Below are positions 39,360 through 51,660 of a stretch of DNA of 64,000 bases, in pieces (the first letter of the stretch is position 1; each line of letters starts with the position of its first letter). The stretch lies in contig MU057560.1 of the NCBI GenBank assembly GCA_013265495.1, positions 1,562,753-1,626,752 of the forward strand, given 5' to 3'. Position numbers and translations under genes: made by a program. This stretch comes from Vicugna vicugna (Eukaryota). The notes under the pieces are model-generated. The model was not told the origin of the DNA, did no database searches, and saw nothing but the letters and a program-made list of their open reading frames with translations.

Positions 39360-39790
39360 GGAATGTGTGAGCGCGCGGGTTCCCTCGGCTCTGGTCTCGC
39401 TAAGCGGGCGCCAGCCCGGATGCGGGGCCTCGCCCACCAACACCGGGGCTGCGTGCAGCCGCGCTGCCCGGGGGCTCGGGTGGGCACGTCAGACCGCCTG
39501 GCGGCCCGTGGTTGACGGCAGGTGGAAGGCGGGCCTGCCGAAGTCTGAGCACGAGTGGACGCTGAGACAGAGCTACACTTGCCGGAACGCGGCAGGAAGC
39601 GCAGGGGCGCGCACCATCGGCGCGCTGGGCGCCAGCCGCCCCGCCTCGGCGCCGGCGCCCGGGAGCAGCGCATGCGGACGGCCAGGGCGCGACCGCGGCC
39701 GTGAACCGGCCCGGCCCCGTTCCCACGAGGCCTGGGGACGTGCATCGGTCCGGGGTGTCCCCAGTATCTGCCTCCTCCACGTCCGCCTGA
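39360..39790. promoter_or_regulatory. CpG/GC peak 4, possible promoter
   Basis: CpG-dense; NRF1-like gcgcatgcg at 39668-39676; nearby GC box 40055-40062. Confidence 0.5.
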
Positions 39791-41919
39791 GATCACCTTG
39801 CAGGATCTTCTTTGGAATTTTGTTTTATATACAAGACAGAGCAATGCAGACGTCAGTTCGGTGTTGCCGATTGCACCTACAGCTGTTTTCTTACAACAGC
39901 CCACGGAGAGCTTACACCCACCTGGAAATTTGCACGTCCGAGCTGCTCGTTTCCCAGAACGCACACACGCCGCGCTGCTGCAGCCCACCCCTTACCTGCA
40001 TTTTACAAGCCAGCCTGGCGGCCCCTCGGAGCCCAGTGAGCAGCTGGGACAGGCCCCCGCCCAGCACCGGCCTGATGTTTCATCTTCCTCGTAGGAACAT
40101 TAAACACCGGACCGGTTTTTTAAATTCCCATTTCATTTCACACAACTCCGAGATTTCCTCCATTTGGGGAAATGATCCGTCTCCTCTTTCAGAACTGAGA
40201 CTCTGTGAGTTTGCTCCATCCTGCAGTCTAATAACCAAGGAAAAGGGGGAAAGAGGTTCTGAGTGTCGAGGACGAACCTCAAAGCATGTTTCCAAAAAGT
40301 CAGAAGACTGTTAATATAGTGCCTGAAGCATAGCGCTTTTAACTGTCTTTACCCTGGAAAAATTGGAAATTCCAAATATTCTCTCACAAGAAGGCTTTTA
40401 ACTTGTTCTTCTGCTATGTGCTACAGAAGTCGTTAAAAGAAGTCTGGAAAAAATTTTTATCATATAAGAAAAAATTCATTAGGCAAAGATAAGTGAACAT
40501 GATGGATTAAGACATTTATAAGTTTGATTCCTGAAAGGTTAAATAAATGCACACATAAACAGAAGAAGAAAATTCCATTTTCTAACAAATTACTAACAGT
40601 GGGTTTCAAGTGGTTTTTATTCTCTGCGCTACAATCTTTCTATATTTCTACATGTGTTGAGTACTATTTATAATGAAGAAAAATATTGTAAGGCAAAAAA
40701 ATACAGTCCTATTTGTAATACCCGATTTTAAATTCAAAAGTGCCTTTAGGAAACATTTCATATAAATACATACGCTTTCCAAAATAGTTTTAGTGGTTTC
40801 TAAGGAAAGATATAAGAATAATATAACACCATCAGTGTTAACTGGTAGGAAATCAGTGGGTGAAGAACAGCACATGCCTTGAAAGTGGAAGTTGAACATT
40901 TTTTTAGTTTTTCACTCTGCACCATAATCATTTCTTCACATTTTTCGCACAGTAATTAAGGCCCAAGGGCAAGGCATTTCTTAGCAGCTAGTGACTATCA
41001 GGGTTAACTGCCGGGGTGAGACTTTCCTTCGTTGCTTAATTATATTAAATCAATTTAGTTTCCATTTTTCGCATAGCAGAAGTGCCTTTTAGTGAACCAG
41101 TTTAACACGATTCTGAACACTTGCTTGTAAAATGAATGACTATATACTCTATTCTATTAGCATCTTTTATAACATCAGAGATAATCATATGTCAAAAATA
41201 CTAGGTTATAAAGAAAGCAGCAAATATTTTAAGACATATTTAAATGAGAATTAATACTTACTGATAAAATACTAGTTAATAGGAGAAAAAAGCCACCATA
41301 TAGAAAGACTGAAAGGAAAAAGAAAAAAATCAAACCTAATGTGACCTGAGGTGCAAGGCAGAGAAAAGGGTCACAGTGGAGTTTGCCTCACGAAATAGAT
41401 GCCTTGTTCTTGCACAGAAGCATCAAGTTGGGAGGCAGAAAGAGGGACACAACCACGTTTTCCTTTGTATGATTACACTGCCAATTACAACAGCAGGAGA
41501 GAGGGAAGTCTGGTGTGACATTTAATTTTAATATCATCTTTCACTCACTTGCAGTGTGACCACACCAAAGCAGCTGGAATCTTTTAGTCCCCATTTCCCC
41601 CAGGTAACCACCTGTGCTTGTATGAACTCCATCCAGGATGGCAGAAAGGATCATCTCACATAACTCTTGCCCCGGCCAGAGCCCCTGCGAGCACTGGGGC
41701 AAGAAGAGCCAAGAAACTGAAGCATGGTCTCCATGGGGCAGCACCGTTCTGATTAAGAGGCACTCAGCCTCAGGTGTGCAAAGGAAGAGTGCGACCAGGG
41801 AGCCACCCAGTGTCCAACTCCAGATGATTCTTTCTAAGTCCCTGAAAGCACTGTGTACTTTACCCACTTTTTATGATGTGCTGAATGATCAGCTCCACGC
41901 AGTAAAGTTTAAAAGCCTG

Positions 41920-44250
41920 AAGTAGGCAACTTGGTGAGATTTTCCGAACGTACATACCTGTCTAACAAGACCTGAGGACAAGGTGTAGACTTTTACAGCA
42001 TCCCAGAAGCCTCTTTCCAGCCAAAATCCCATCCCCAAAATAATACTCTTCTGAACTTTACCACCACTTATTCATTTTGCTTGTTTTTTAATTTCACAGG
42101 AATGAAATCATATCCCATATCTTTTTTAATGTCTGAGTTCTCTCCTTAAAATGTATTACTGTGAAATTCATTACGTTGTTGTATATAGTAGAAATTTACT
42201 CTTTTCACTTTATAAATACATACTGTATTTACTTACACACTCTGACGGTGATGGACGCTTGGCTGTGTTCAGGGTGGTCTGTTATAAATAGAGCAGCTGC
42301 AAACACTCTCCTGCACTGCTGTCTTGGCGCCCACATGCAGGCGTCGCGGGTAGGGACACACCAAGCTGAGGTGCTAACCTACGTGGGAAGCATATGTTCA
42401 ACTTAGCAGATACCTACAGAGTGTTTTCTGAAATGGTTGTACCGATTGGGTCTACCTTCGGCAATGCATAAATATTCCAGCCGTTCCAGGTCCTCACCAA
42501 CACTCGAGACTGTCAGGTGTCCTGTCCCTTTGTGGTTTTCTTTTTGCCTCTTTTGTTTTTTAGTTTGGTCTTTATTTTCAATTTATTCATCTGGTGGATG
42601 GGTGGGTGTGTTAATATCTCACAGTTCTATTTTGCTTTCCTTTGACGATTAAAGCTGTAACTAGCATTTCAGATGCGTTTTGTCCAAATAAACATGCCTT
42701 TGCCGGTTCGAGTCTTTAGCCTCATTGTTCGTGGGGTGACTATCGCTCCATGATGGTATTAGATGTTCTTGAAATTTGGATAAAGCTTTTGATGAGGAAT
42801 TTTATTTCAAATAACTTCTACTGTCTGGTTTTTCTTCTCCTTCTTCTCATGTAATCTTTTGATGAAAAAAAATGGGCTTAATTTTAATAAAATCCAATAT
42901 TTGACCACTAATCTTATTAGTGTTTTTTGTGTTCTATTTTAAATAGCTTACCTATTCCAATATCATGAAAATATTTTTTGTCTCTTAGCAGCTTGACTGT
43001 CCTGCCTTTTAAATATAAATACACTTACTGTATTTTTGTTCCATATGGCTTTTTGAATCTGCAGAATGATGCACTTTTTTCAGCATATGTAAACTCTCAT
43101 GTAATATTTTTTCAGTTACTGCTTCTTCCCCATTTCTCTGTCTCCTCCCTTTCTTGAACCTGAATTACATATAAATTACACCCTTTCACTGCATTTTATA
43201 TCCGTTTCTTTTCCTTTGTATTCTTCAACCTGGACACTTCTTCTGGCCAATGTTCCTGATCACCATCACACAGTTTTCATGTCTAGAATTTCCATTTGAC
43301 TCTCTGTCATAGATTCGAGCTCCTTGGTGACACTTTTCATTTTTTTCTTTTTAATATATCGTATTATTTTACAGTCTTTTTCTAAAGAACCCTTGGCCCT
43401 GCTCCTACTTGTTTTAGTGATTTCTTTGTCTGTCTCTTTGTTTTCAATTATTTGGTCTTGTCTTTTTGTAGGTCTGGTAATTAATTTTATGCATTTAAAA
43501 TACTATATATAAAAATGATCTAAGCACTGAGTGATGTTTTTTCTAGAGGAAACTTAATTTCCTTTGCAGGCAAATGACTGCAGATTCCATTGATGCAGTT
43601 GGGGCTCAAATTTAGGGTTTGCTGTGGCTGGCTTTTTCCTTCGGCACTCGTATTCCTGCACTATAGCTCTCTCCAGGGAATATAGGTCCTCGACATTTCA
43701 GTGCATGCCCTGGAGTGTCCACCTAAGCTCCCCCCGTTGTGACACACCTTGAACTCCAAGCTTCCTCCTCAGCAGGGAGAGACCGCGGCTGTTTCTGTTC
43801 ATCTCTTGCCCCCACATGCTGCTCTCAGTGTGGCTGTTTTTTAAGGGAGTTTGACTGCACGGAGCTGGATTTGCAGTCATCAGAGCTCCTAGATCAGACT
43901 GGGCTTCACTCCTCTGTGTTTCTCTATCCTTGACCTCAACCTTCCATCCACTGGACAAGCCCAAAATAAAACTTCTTTCTCCCCAGCTGAGCAAGACTGT
44001 TGTCAGGTCCTGGATGACGGTTTTAGTTGGGTTTCTGTTCCATGTAAGAAAAATTGTCTAAGGTCCTCAGGGTGGGAAAAAAAAGCAATAGAAAGTGAGG
44101 GTGATTTTATAGGATTTTTATTTCTCTCTGAAACTTGATCCCTTGTGTCCAGTCTTTCTTCTCTGTATGTCAGTGTTTTAAATGGTGACTCTGTTGTATC
44201 TAGATCAGACAGGAAGGTTAGATGGACACACGCTACTGTGAAATGGCCAG
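41920..44250 (-). mobile_element. Ancient L1M fragments (L1MB/ME-like 3' region and upstream pieces)
   Basis: ggaatgaaatcatatcccatatcttttttaatgtctgag; gatggacgcttggctgtgttcagg...gctgcaaacactct; ttttctgaaatggttgtacc; cctcaccaacactcg. Confidence 0.7.
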
Positions 44251-44449
44251 AGAAAGCCCGCTCCTTCCATTATTTGACTTTGTGCTGAAGGAAAACTAGG
44301 GCAGTTTTTAATACATTGTATCATAATCTTCATGTAAATCTGTATGTTTATGAAACTTCTGTGATAAATTTCCCTTATATAAAGATCCGATAAATCTATT
44401 CAATAATGATTATATGTTTGTATTAATTTACATATGAAATAATATCTTT

Positions 44450-45120
44450 ATTCAAAAAAATATCTTTGAGTGCCAATTATGTGCCAGGTTCTGAATTCTC
44501 TAGAAACTCTAAGATAAGGATGAAATCAGCTCAGCCTTAAGGAGTTTAAAATTTATTGAAGGAAGCACATCGGCATTATAAATAGGTGGGCAAGTTGCTG
44601 TGGGAACCAGGAGGAGGAGACTTTGCCACCAAAGAAGTCTTCCTGGAGGGAAGGTGACATGTAAGATGAATCCTGAAGTCTGAACAGTGTTTAGTCAGGG
44701 GTGGGGGGGGCATGTATGAGATTGGGGGTGAGGCTTAAGCCTAGGAGCTTGCAAAGTAGGGAGTTCCAGGGCATGAGCACAGTATTTGCAAAACACCAAA
44801 TATAAGAGAAAGTGTAGATGATGCAGGGATATGTAAGTGGCATGAAACGTCAAAGTACAAAAGGGGTTGTTCAGAAATGAGACTGGAGAAGCAGCTATGA
44901 ATCAAATTGTGCAGAATCTTTACATCATGGTAAGGAGCTGGGACCACAGTCTGACTGCTGTGGACTGCAGCTTAAGGATTGCATATGGGGACTGCATTAC
45001 ACAGAGGTATTACTCCAGAAGCGCTAGTGAATGGACACTTTGGGAGAGTCCAGCTCAGAGCTCGCTGCTGTAATCCAGGCATCAGCTAGCTGGGTCTTTA
45101 ACTAAGGCTGTGAATGCATG
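44450..45120 (-). mobile_element. L2 (antisense, 3' part)
   Basis: ttgagtgccaattatgtgccagg; aagaagtcttcctggagggaaggtgacatgtaagatgaatcctgaag; gttccagggcatgagcacagtatttgcaaa. Confidence 0.75.
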
Positions 45121-45714
45121 ATTGGAAAGTCAGTCTGTCAATCCTTCTCAGCTTTTTACCATTATATACGTGAAAAAGCCAAATTAATTATGTGTTTATA
45201 GAATTAAAGCAATGTACACCTCCCAGGCAACAAAAATCAAGTTAGTTAAAAGACTGAGAGTATATGGAATGTCTGATAGTCTATTTAAACTCACTGCCAA
45301 TTCAGCAGTAATGACATTCTTGATTAGTGTCCAGGATAATGGCTAAAGAATATTGAACTTTTTATTACGCCAGTAAGCCAATATGATTAGATTAATGCAA
45401 TGCTAGAAACAGGCATATAAATATTATAAAAACTAAAGACAGAAAAATGATACTAAAATTAACATAAATCATCACAGTCTGAGATAAAACCCAAGAGTAA
45501 GGAAGACATAGCCCGTGTTTTAAAGATGCATTTTCCTGCAGGTCATGCATTTTTCCTCTAGTGCCTTGGCTCTCGGTGGCACAGGGTGGTGGGAGTTCAT
45601 CTCACGGAGAGAGCTCTTTTGATTAAACAGCTGTGTTCACTCCCCACCCAACCACACCGACAGGCTGGCATGCTGAGGGCACCTCAAAGCCACTCACCGC
45701 ATGCAGCAACATGT

Positions 45715-45850
45715 AGGTGTCCAGACTCCAGTGATGGAATTCTGAATTCCACAGTTTTGAAATAGGACCAGAAATGTGCCATTTTTCAGAAACATCTCAG
45801 TATTTTGACATTCACGGTTTGTGGATCGTGCTCTGAAACACACAGGTCCG
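45715..45850. mobile_element. MER5-like hAT-Charlie fragment
   Basis: aattctgaattccacagttttgaaataggaccagaaatgtgccatttttcagaaacatctc. Confidence 0.45.
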
Positions 45851-46689
45851 GGCAGCGAAGCAGTAGGTTTGCGTGTAACTGAGCAGTGCTGCTCATGCTG
45901 TAATTATTGGCCAAAACGTGGGCAGATCAAAGAGAGCAAGCAGACCTAGGTGCTTACGAACTAGTGGTACGTGAACGTTCATGCAAAAAATTAAGCCAGA
46001 CACTGTTCAATGGAAATGTATGTGTGCATCTAGTTGATTCATAGATGGGGAGCTATTTCCTAAATATGAGCTAATTCATGGGGGAAAAGGCAGGTTTCAT
46101 ACATAATTTTTTAATTTGTGGATCATAAGCATTGTGATCAAAATGAGCATGCAACAAAAACGAGAAAAAGTTGCAAATATCTACAGTGTGCTTATAATTT
46201 AATCTTTAAAAATTAACCAATAGAAAAATGGGCAAAATATATGAACAGGCAAGATAAAGAAGGAAAAACTAATCAGTTGAAAAATATTTTAAATGCTCGA
46301 TCTCACTGTTGAAAAAAAGACGACTAATGACAGCAGTGGGATAGAGTTTTCCTCTTTTTCACTTTGTTACTTTTTACGCAAATAACAAACAATACAAGAA
46401 AGGATGCCAAAGCCGTGACTGTAAATCAGATTAAGTTTTCTGCGCAATCAAATATGTGCAGAGCTCTATGGAAGGATACTCAACACGGCATCACACGTAA
46501 CATTAAGTTGGATAGTTCATAGCACTTAATGATCGGTTCTAAGCCATTGCAACTTAAAGGTTGCAAGTCAGGCTTCATCAAAATAGTCCTTTCTTGAGTG
46601 AAAAGTTACCCCAGACCAAGAAGAACAGAGACCCTAAGGACAGTAACAGCAACAAAAACAAAGCACGCAGACCTCCTGCGCCGTCATTT

Positions 46690-46868
46690 TCAGAGCCTTG
46701 TTTTAAACGCTTGTTGAAAATCCACGCCCCTGGGGTACTGGCCTCCTTCAAACCCACGAAATCATAATCTCTGGGTTTGGGGCCTAGACAGTTGCAATTT
46801 GAAAGAAAACTGTCTTTTTGTTTGTTTGTTTGTTTGTTTAAAGATGTTGAAGACAGAGAACCACTGCA
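46690..46868. mobile_element. MER5A-like fragment
   Basis: gcttgttgaaaatccacgcccctgggg...aaatcataatctctgggtttggggcctagacag...gagaaccactg. Confidence 0.55.
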
Positions 46869-47809
46869 GGAAGCCCGGTATCTTCTGCGCTTTGTGGGGT
46901 TAGAGATTTCTTAGGAAGTGTGCTCTGGAATCCAATGGGGACCCGGGTTCCAGGACCTTAATTACCTGGTTTTATTCTATGGCAGGCGCTCTCTTGTGTG
47001 TGAGAGCTTTGCTGCAGAGAACGGCGCTCAAAGAAATTCTCCCTCTTTGTCTACTAGGTCGTCTGCTAAGCCGCATCAGGCCTGTGACAGGATGAAGCCT
47101 GGCGTCTATTTTTAAGAGAGAAGGTCTTCCCTGGATGGGAGCAGCTGAGACACGCCTGCGGCACCCGCCTCTTATTAACGCATCAGGAAGGGATCCCGGC
47201 GTGGAAGCTGGCAGTGACGCGCGAGCGCGGGGAGGTTTGCTGAGCGAGTCTCACTGTCCACCAACTTCTGCTTCGGGGCAGAGTTAGAAGTTCGTGCCGC
47301 CATTTCAGCCCGCTTGCTTTAGAGGGGGGAGTATGAAGAAGACAGCTCCGACGTGATGTTCTGGAACCACTCAGGTTTGAATGAAATGAACGGAAGCTTG
47401 TTGGCAGAAGCCCTCACGTCTGGCGGACAGCTAGGGCTGAGCTCTGCTTTTTGAGGTGGGTGTGTGAGCATTTAGCTTGGACTGAGGCGCCACAATACAC
47501 GTCATCTCCCTGGGATGTCCGCGCAAACGCAGTCTGTACAAATCCCTGACCAAAGGTTCCCAGGCCCTTGGTCCGCTAGAAGAGTCAGCTGCGGAATCTG
47601 CTCCTGTTCATTCTCGAGCACAGTCTAAAACGCCTCACTCTAACCCAGCCTGGGGCGTGCTGGTCTGGAGGCGCCTGGCACACGGACAGCACGGTTGCGA
47701 CGGCCGCTGGCGGTAAGTCTTCAGTCCGGGGCGAGGTCCGCCCTGGAGAGCAAACGTAGGCACGCACATTCAGCGTCAGAGGGTGTTTCCAGAAGTGGGG
47801 CTGAGAAAA

Positions 47810-48360
47810 TGAGGACAGAGCGGTAAGCGCTGAGCCTCGTGTCCTCCTTGAGGACAGAAGAAGAGAAGGGACCGAGCGGGAGCAGCTGCTCGACACGTGG
47901 CAGAAGCTGCCAGTGAGGAGCCTGGGGAACCTGGCGCCGACGGTGTCCAGGGAACCAAGGAGGAGGCCCGGGGACGAGGCCGCGGTCGGCCGCCCAGTGC
48001 TGCCGCCCAGACCAGGGCGGGAGAGGGCCGCGTGGGTGTCGCCACGGAGCGGCCACGTCGCTCTCCCCGCGGGTCTCGCTGGAAAGGAGAGCAGGGAAGG
48101 GGGCCGGGGCCGAAGGGGCTGCAGCGAGGGCCTCGTCTCGTTAGTTACGGCTGAGACTGTGTTCTTAAGCCGGGAGAAGTTACAGCCGTGTTTGTCGTGA
48201 TGGGAGCCACCCAGGAAAGAGGGGAGGAAAGAGGAAAAGCGGCAGCACGAACGGGACAGTCGGCTGCTGGAGGCTGTCCTGAGCAGGCTGGCGGGGCAGG
48301 CGCGGTGCCGGGAGGGGCGCAGGGCGCGAGGAGGCGGGGCGGGGACCGCGCGCAACAGCG
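47810..48360 (-). mobile_element. L2 fossil, heavily GC-shifted, inside peak 5
   Basis: gccagtgaggagcctggggaacctggcgccgacggtgtccagggaaccaagg and ttaagccgggagaagttacagccgtgtttgtcgtgatggg are colinear with L2 antisense landmarks. Confidence 0.7.
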
Positions 48361-49060
48361 GCCTTGCGCTCAAACGCGGAGCCTCCAGGACAGCCGCTGA
48401 CGCGCAAAGCGGGCCGCCGGGGACGGAGAGGAAGCGCGCCTCGTAGCGCCTCCTCGTTTGCCCGCATGACGAGGTAGCACAGAGCGGCCGCTCCCCGTGG
48501 ACTTCGGCCTCCGCCCCGTGGCAGCCCGCGCCCCGGACGAGGCCCCCGGCGGGGGCACAGTCGGCGGTGTCGCCTGACCCGCAGCCGCGGCTTCGCGGGC
48601 GCGGGGACGCGGCTCCGGTGCCGGCCCGGGGCCAGGAGCGCTGGCGCGCCTTCGACGCTCGTCTGAGGAAGCGGCTGTATTTCAAATGCTACATGCGTAT
48701 AAATGAAGCGCTCCGGCCCGTCCGAAGTCAGCCCTGGCACCGCCGCAGTTAAAGAAAACCACCGGGAATCGGGTATCAGCCGGGGAGCAGGCCGGCTGAC
48801 CGTTTCCCCAGCGTGCTTCGGACTGCACGGGGCAAGCGGGGAAGGTACCTCAGGGGCACGGCGGTTTGGGGGGCTTCCCCCGGCCAGGGGTGCAGCGGTT
48901 GTGGAGTCAGTGCCACGTCCCGAGGGGGAGGATGTCCCAAAGGCACGGCCAGGCCACCTGTCATCGCTGGCTGCTGGGTCCCAGCGCCCACAGCGTCCCT
49001 GGAGAGGCGCCCGTCATGTCCCGAGGAGCCCGGGGCTAGTGGCTGCGGGCAGCGCTCCGC

Positions 49061-49084
49061 TAACCCTAACCCTAACCCTGACCC
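49061..49084 (-). repeat. Short interstitial telomeric repeat (TTAGGG)3 plus TCAGGG variant
   Basis: + strand taaccctaaccctaaccctgaccc. Confidence 0.9.
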
Positions 49085-50079
49085 ACGTGTGAGCGCGGCC
49101 AGGCGGGAGGAGGCACCAGGGCCGCATGCTGTCAGGGAGGGAGTTAGGAGAGGCTCCCAGCGGGAGTTAGCACCACCAAACTCGGAATGCAGCCGGCGGA
49201 TGAGAGGAGGCACGGTGCCCAAGGGACCGATGGCCAGTTGTGACAACGACAGATGCCTGTGCTGGGACCCGGCCACACCCGGTGCCAGGCACCCCCGGCT
49301 TTGGGATCAATGGGCTGGACAGGCCTTCGGGCTGCACCGCTCACCCTCCAGGTGCACAGGGCCACCTGGGAACCAGTCCCAGTGCAGGTCTGAGCCCCAA
49401 GACTCATTTTCCACAAAGCACCGCACGCTCATCTTCCAACTCGCTCAGCAGAGACAAACTCAAGTGAAAATGTGGGCGTTTCTGGTCACTCCAGACTTAG
49501 CCATCTTTCTCTCGGTGACAGCACGGTGCTCTCCATCAGAGAAGTTTCCGTCCCAGTCGTGTTCAGGTTTCAGTCGAGACCCTGTCTTCCTCAGATGCGA
49601 GTGGGCGTGCGGTTTAGGAACGGGTCAGAAATTAATAAATTTACATACGTGTGTAATAGAAGACTAACACAGTCCGATGGAGTGTTAGCACACCACGCCT
49701 GGCGGTGTTCCTGCGCGACAGCGCTGAACACAAACAGTCGCCGAGATCACAATGGTTTATGGGCCAGATCTATCAAAGCTTTTAAAAACAGATTACTCTT
49801 CATATAAAATGCTGCATAGTATTAAAAAGAACAGAAACTTACCTTCAACTCACTTACTACATTAACACAATCCTTATATCAAAACTGGACAAGGGAAAAC
49901 TGCATGTGTGAATGTGGACATCATTTTTCCTACCTAGTGTGTGTGTCTCGCTGTGTAAATGTGTAACTGTGTAGCTGTGTATGATGACGCAGGCAACCTC
50001 ACTTCCCAACACTGAAGTAAAATGGAAACTAGCACAGTGCACGGCAGCATTTTAAAAGAATGAGGAGAGTCTCAACCAA

Positions 50080-50940
50080 TGCCTGTCAGGGGAATGGGGA
50101 CTCACACACTTGACGTTAAAATACAACATTTGCACTCCTTTTTTCATACAAGTTTGCAATTCTAAATGTGAAGCATGCAACATAATTTTTTAAATATGTG
50201 GGCAAAATATTTAGTAAGTATGATTTATAGGTAAGAAAAATTGGGAACAAATAAATTTTCATTAGTAAGGAAAGTGGAGAAAATTAAAATCCATTCATAT
50301 ATGTCTTAATGAAATCCATGCATATAAACCATAATAAAATGATGGCATTACTTTATGAACAGATGCGGAGCTCTGCAGTATGCTGTTGAATGGGAATAAG
50401 AGTTAGGGAAAAGCAGTTCCTCTATGACCCCATTTTTAAAAGATTAGTGAGAACACGCAAGGGGGGCTGATGCAAGGTTTGGCCATCAAAATGTTAAAGA
50501 CGTTTTTTCTAGATAATGTGACTTCAGATATTTTTCCTTTCTTTACATTTTTCTTATCATTTTACATTTTTCAAAGAGCATGTATTATTTTTTCAAAACA
50601 GAAAGTAATTATAATAAATTAATAACATTTTCCTAATTGTAAATATGTTCTTAGTAAGCTGAAGAAAAGTAAATAAAAATCACATAGATTCTATCATCCT
50701 GAGAGTCACCACTAACTTCTCTGCGGTTTATTCATCCACACATTTATTTACATGCTTTTAAATAAAAAGAACAAAATGAAGTACCTATTATACAATGACT
50801 TCCGTGTTTCATGTTACAATTGATCATAAGTGAGTTTTAATGTTACTGAACATTCTCACGAAATGTACTTTTTAATGGCCACACATCATAAAATATACAT
50901 CATTCATTTAACCAACTACCTATTACGGAACAATTAGGAA
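50080..50940. mobile_element. Ancient L1ME fragments in opposite orientations (+ ~50080-50600, - ~50620-50940)
   Basis: ttttccttt...tttttcaaagagcatgtattatttttt (3' end +); aaataaaaatcacatagattctatcatcctgagagtcaccac (3' end -). Confidence 0.5.
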
Positions 50941-51425
50941 GAGAACTGTGTTTTAAAACAGCCGTTAAGAGTTAATGACCGAGGTTTGTGTTCTTTCCAA
51001 AACAATATAAGCTCATAACAAGGTACAGTTTGAGCTCCTCTGTTCTATGAAACGTCTAACACGTGAGTCCTCAGACAAAATGAGGAGGCTCCCGCGCAGC
51101 CAAGACACAGCGCGCTCGTAGACACAGCGGGGACTCGGGGCCGTTGCAGCTGGGGAAATGTGACACTTCTCCCTGTTCGGGACATTTGGAAACACATTTA
51201 GATCAGCCTAAGATTAAAGTCTCTCACATTGCCGTATTTAGGAAGTGAAAGATTCTGTTTTTATGTGCACAGTAACGAGGCTTCAGAGCCAGGGAGACAC
51301 GAGCTGATCTATTTTTTTAAGTCCCTTAATAGCTGAGTTGGACACGTTGCTTTACCTTTCCTGAGCCTCATTGCTCTCATCTCTGAAATGGGGAAGATGA
51401 CATTTATAGGATAAGATTAAGCAGT

Positions 51426-51484
51426 ATACCAGAAACTAACACAACATTGCAAATCAACTATACTTTGATTTAAAAATTACAAAA
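51426..51484 (+). mobile_element. Very short L1 3' end
   Basis: taccagaaactaacacaacattgcaaatcaactatactt, matching the L1 terminus at ~1530-1570. Confidence 0.85.
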
Positions 51485-51487
51485 ACT

Positions 51488-51660
51488 AGGGGGAGGTTAT
51501 AACCCAAAGTGCCAGAGCGCATGCTCAGCATGCACGAGGTCCTGGGTTCAACCCCCAGCACCTCCGCTAAAAAATAAATGAATGAACCTAATTACCTCCC
51601 CCTTCCCCCAAAAAAAACCTAAAAATAAAAAAAAATTAAGATAAAATAGAAAATGAAAAA
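51488..51660 (+). mobile_element. Camelid Vic-1-type SINE with 14-bp TSD
   Basis: gagcgcatgctcagcatgcacgaggtcctgggttcaacccccagcacctcc...aacctaattacctccccc; TSD taaaaattacaaaa at 51471-51484 and 51661-51674. Confidence 0.92.

Larger units (their letters stand above)
47640..49350. other. CpG/GC peak 5 (largest CpG island in the window)
   Basis: ~1.7 kb of CpG-dense sequence; no recognisable first exon of a known gene. Confidence 0.85.

Noticed and set aside
49040..49500. Telomerase RNA gene (TERC), because of ctaaccctaac in a CpG island
   Set aside because: Four tandem units rather than the 1.5-repeat template; flanks lack the conserved pseudoknot, CR4/5 and H/ACA sequence.
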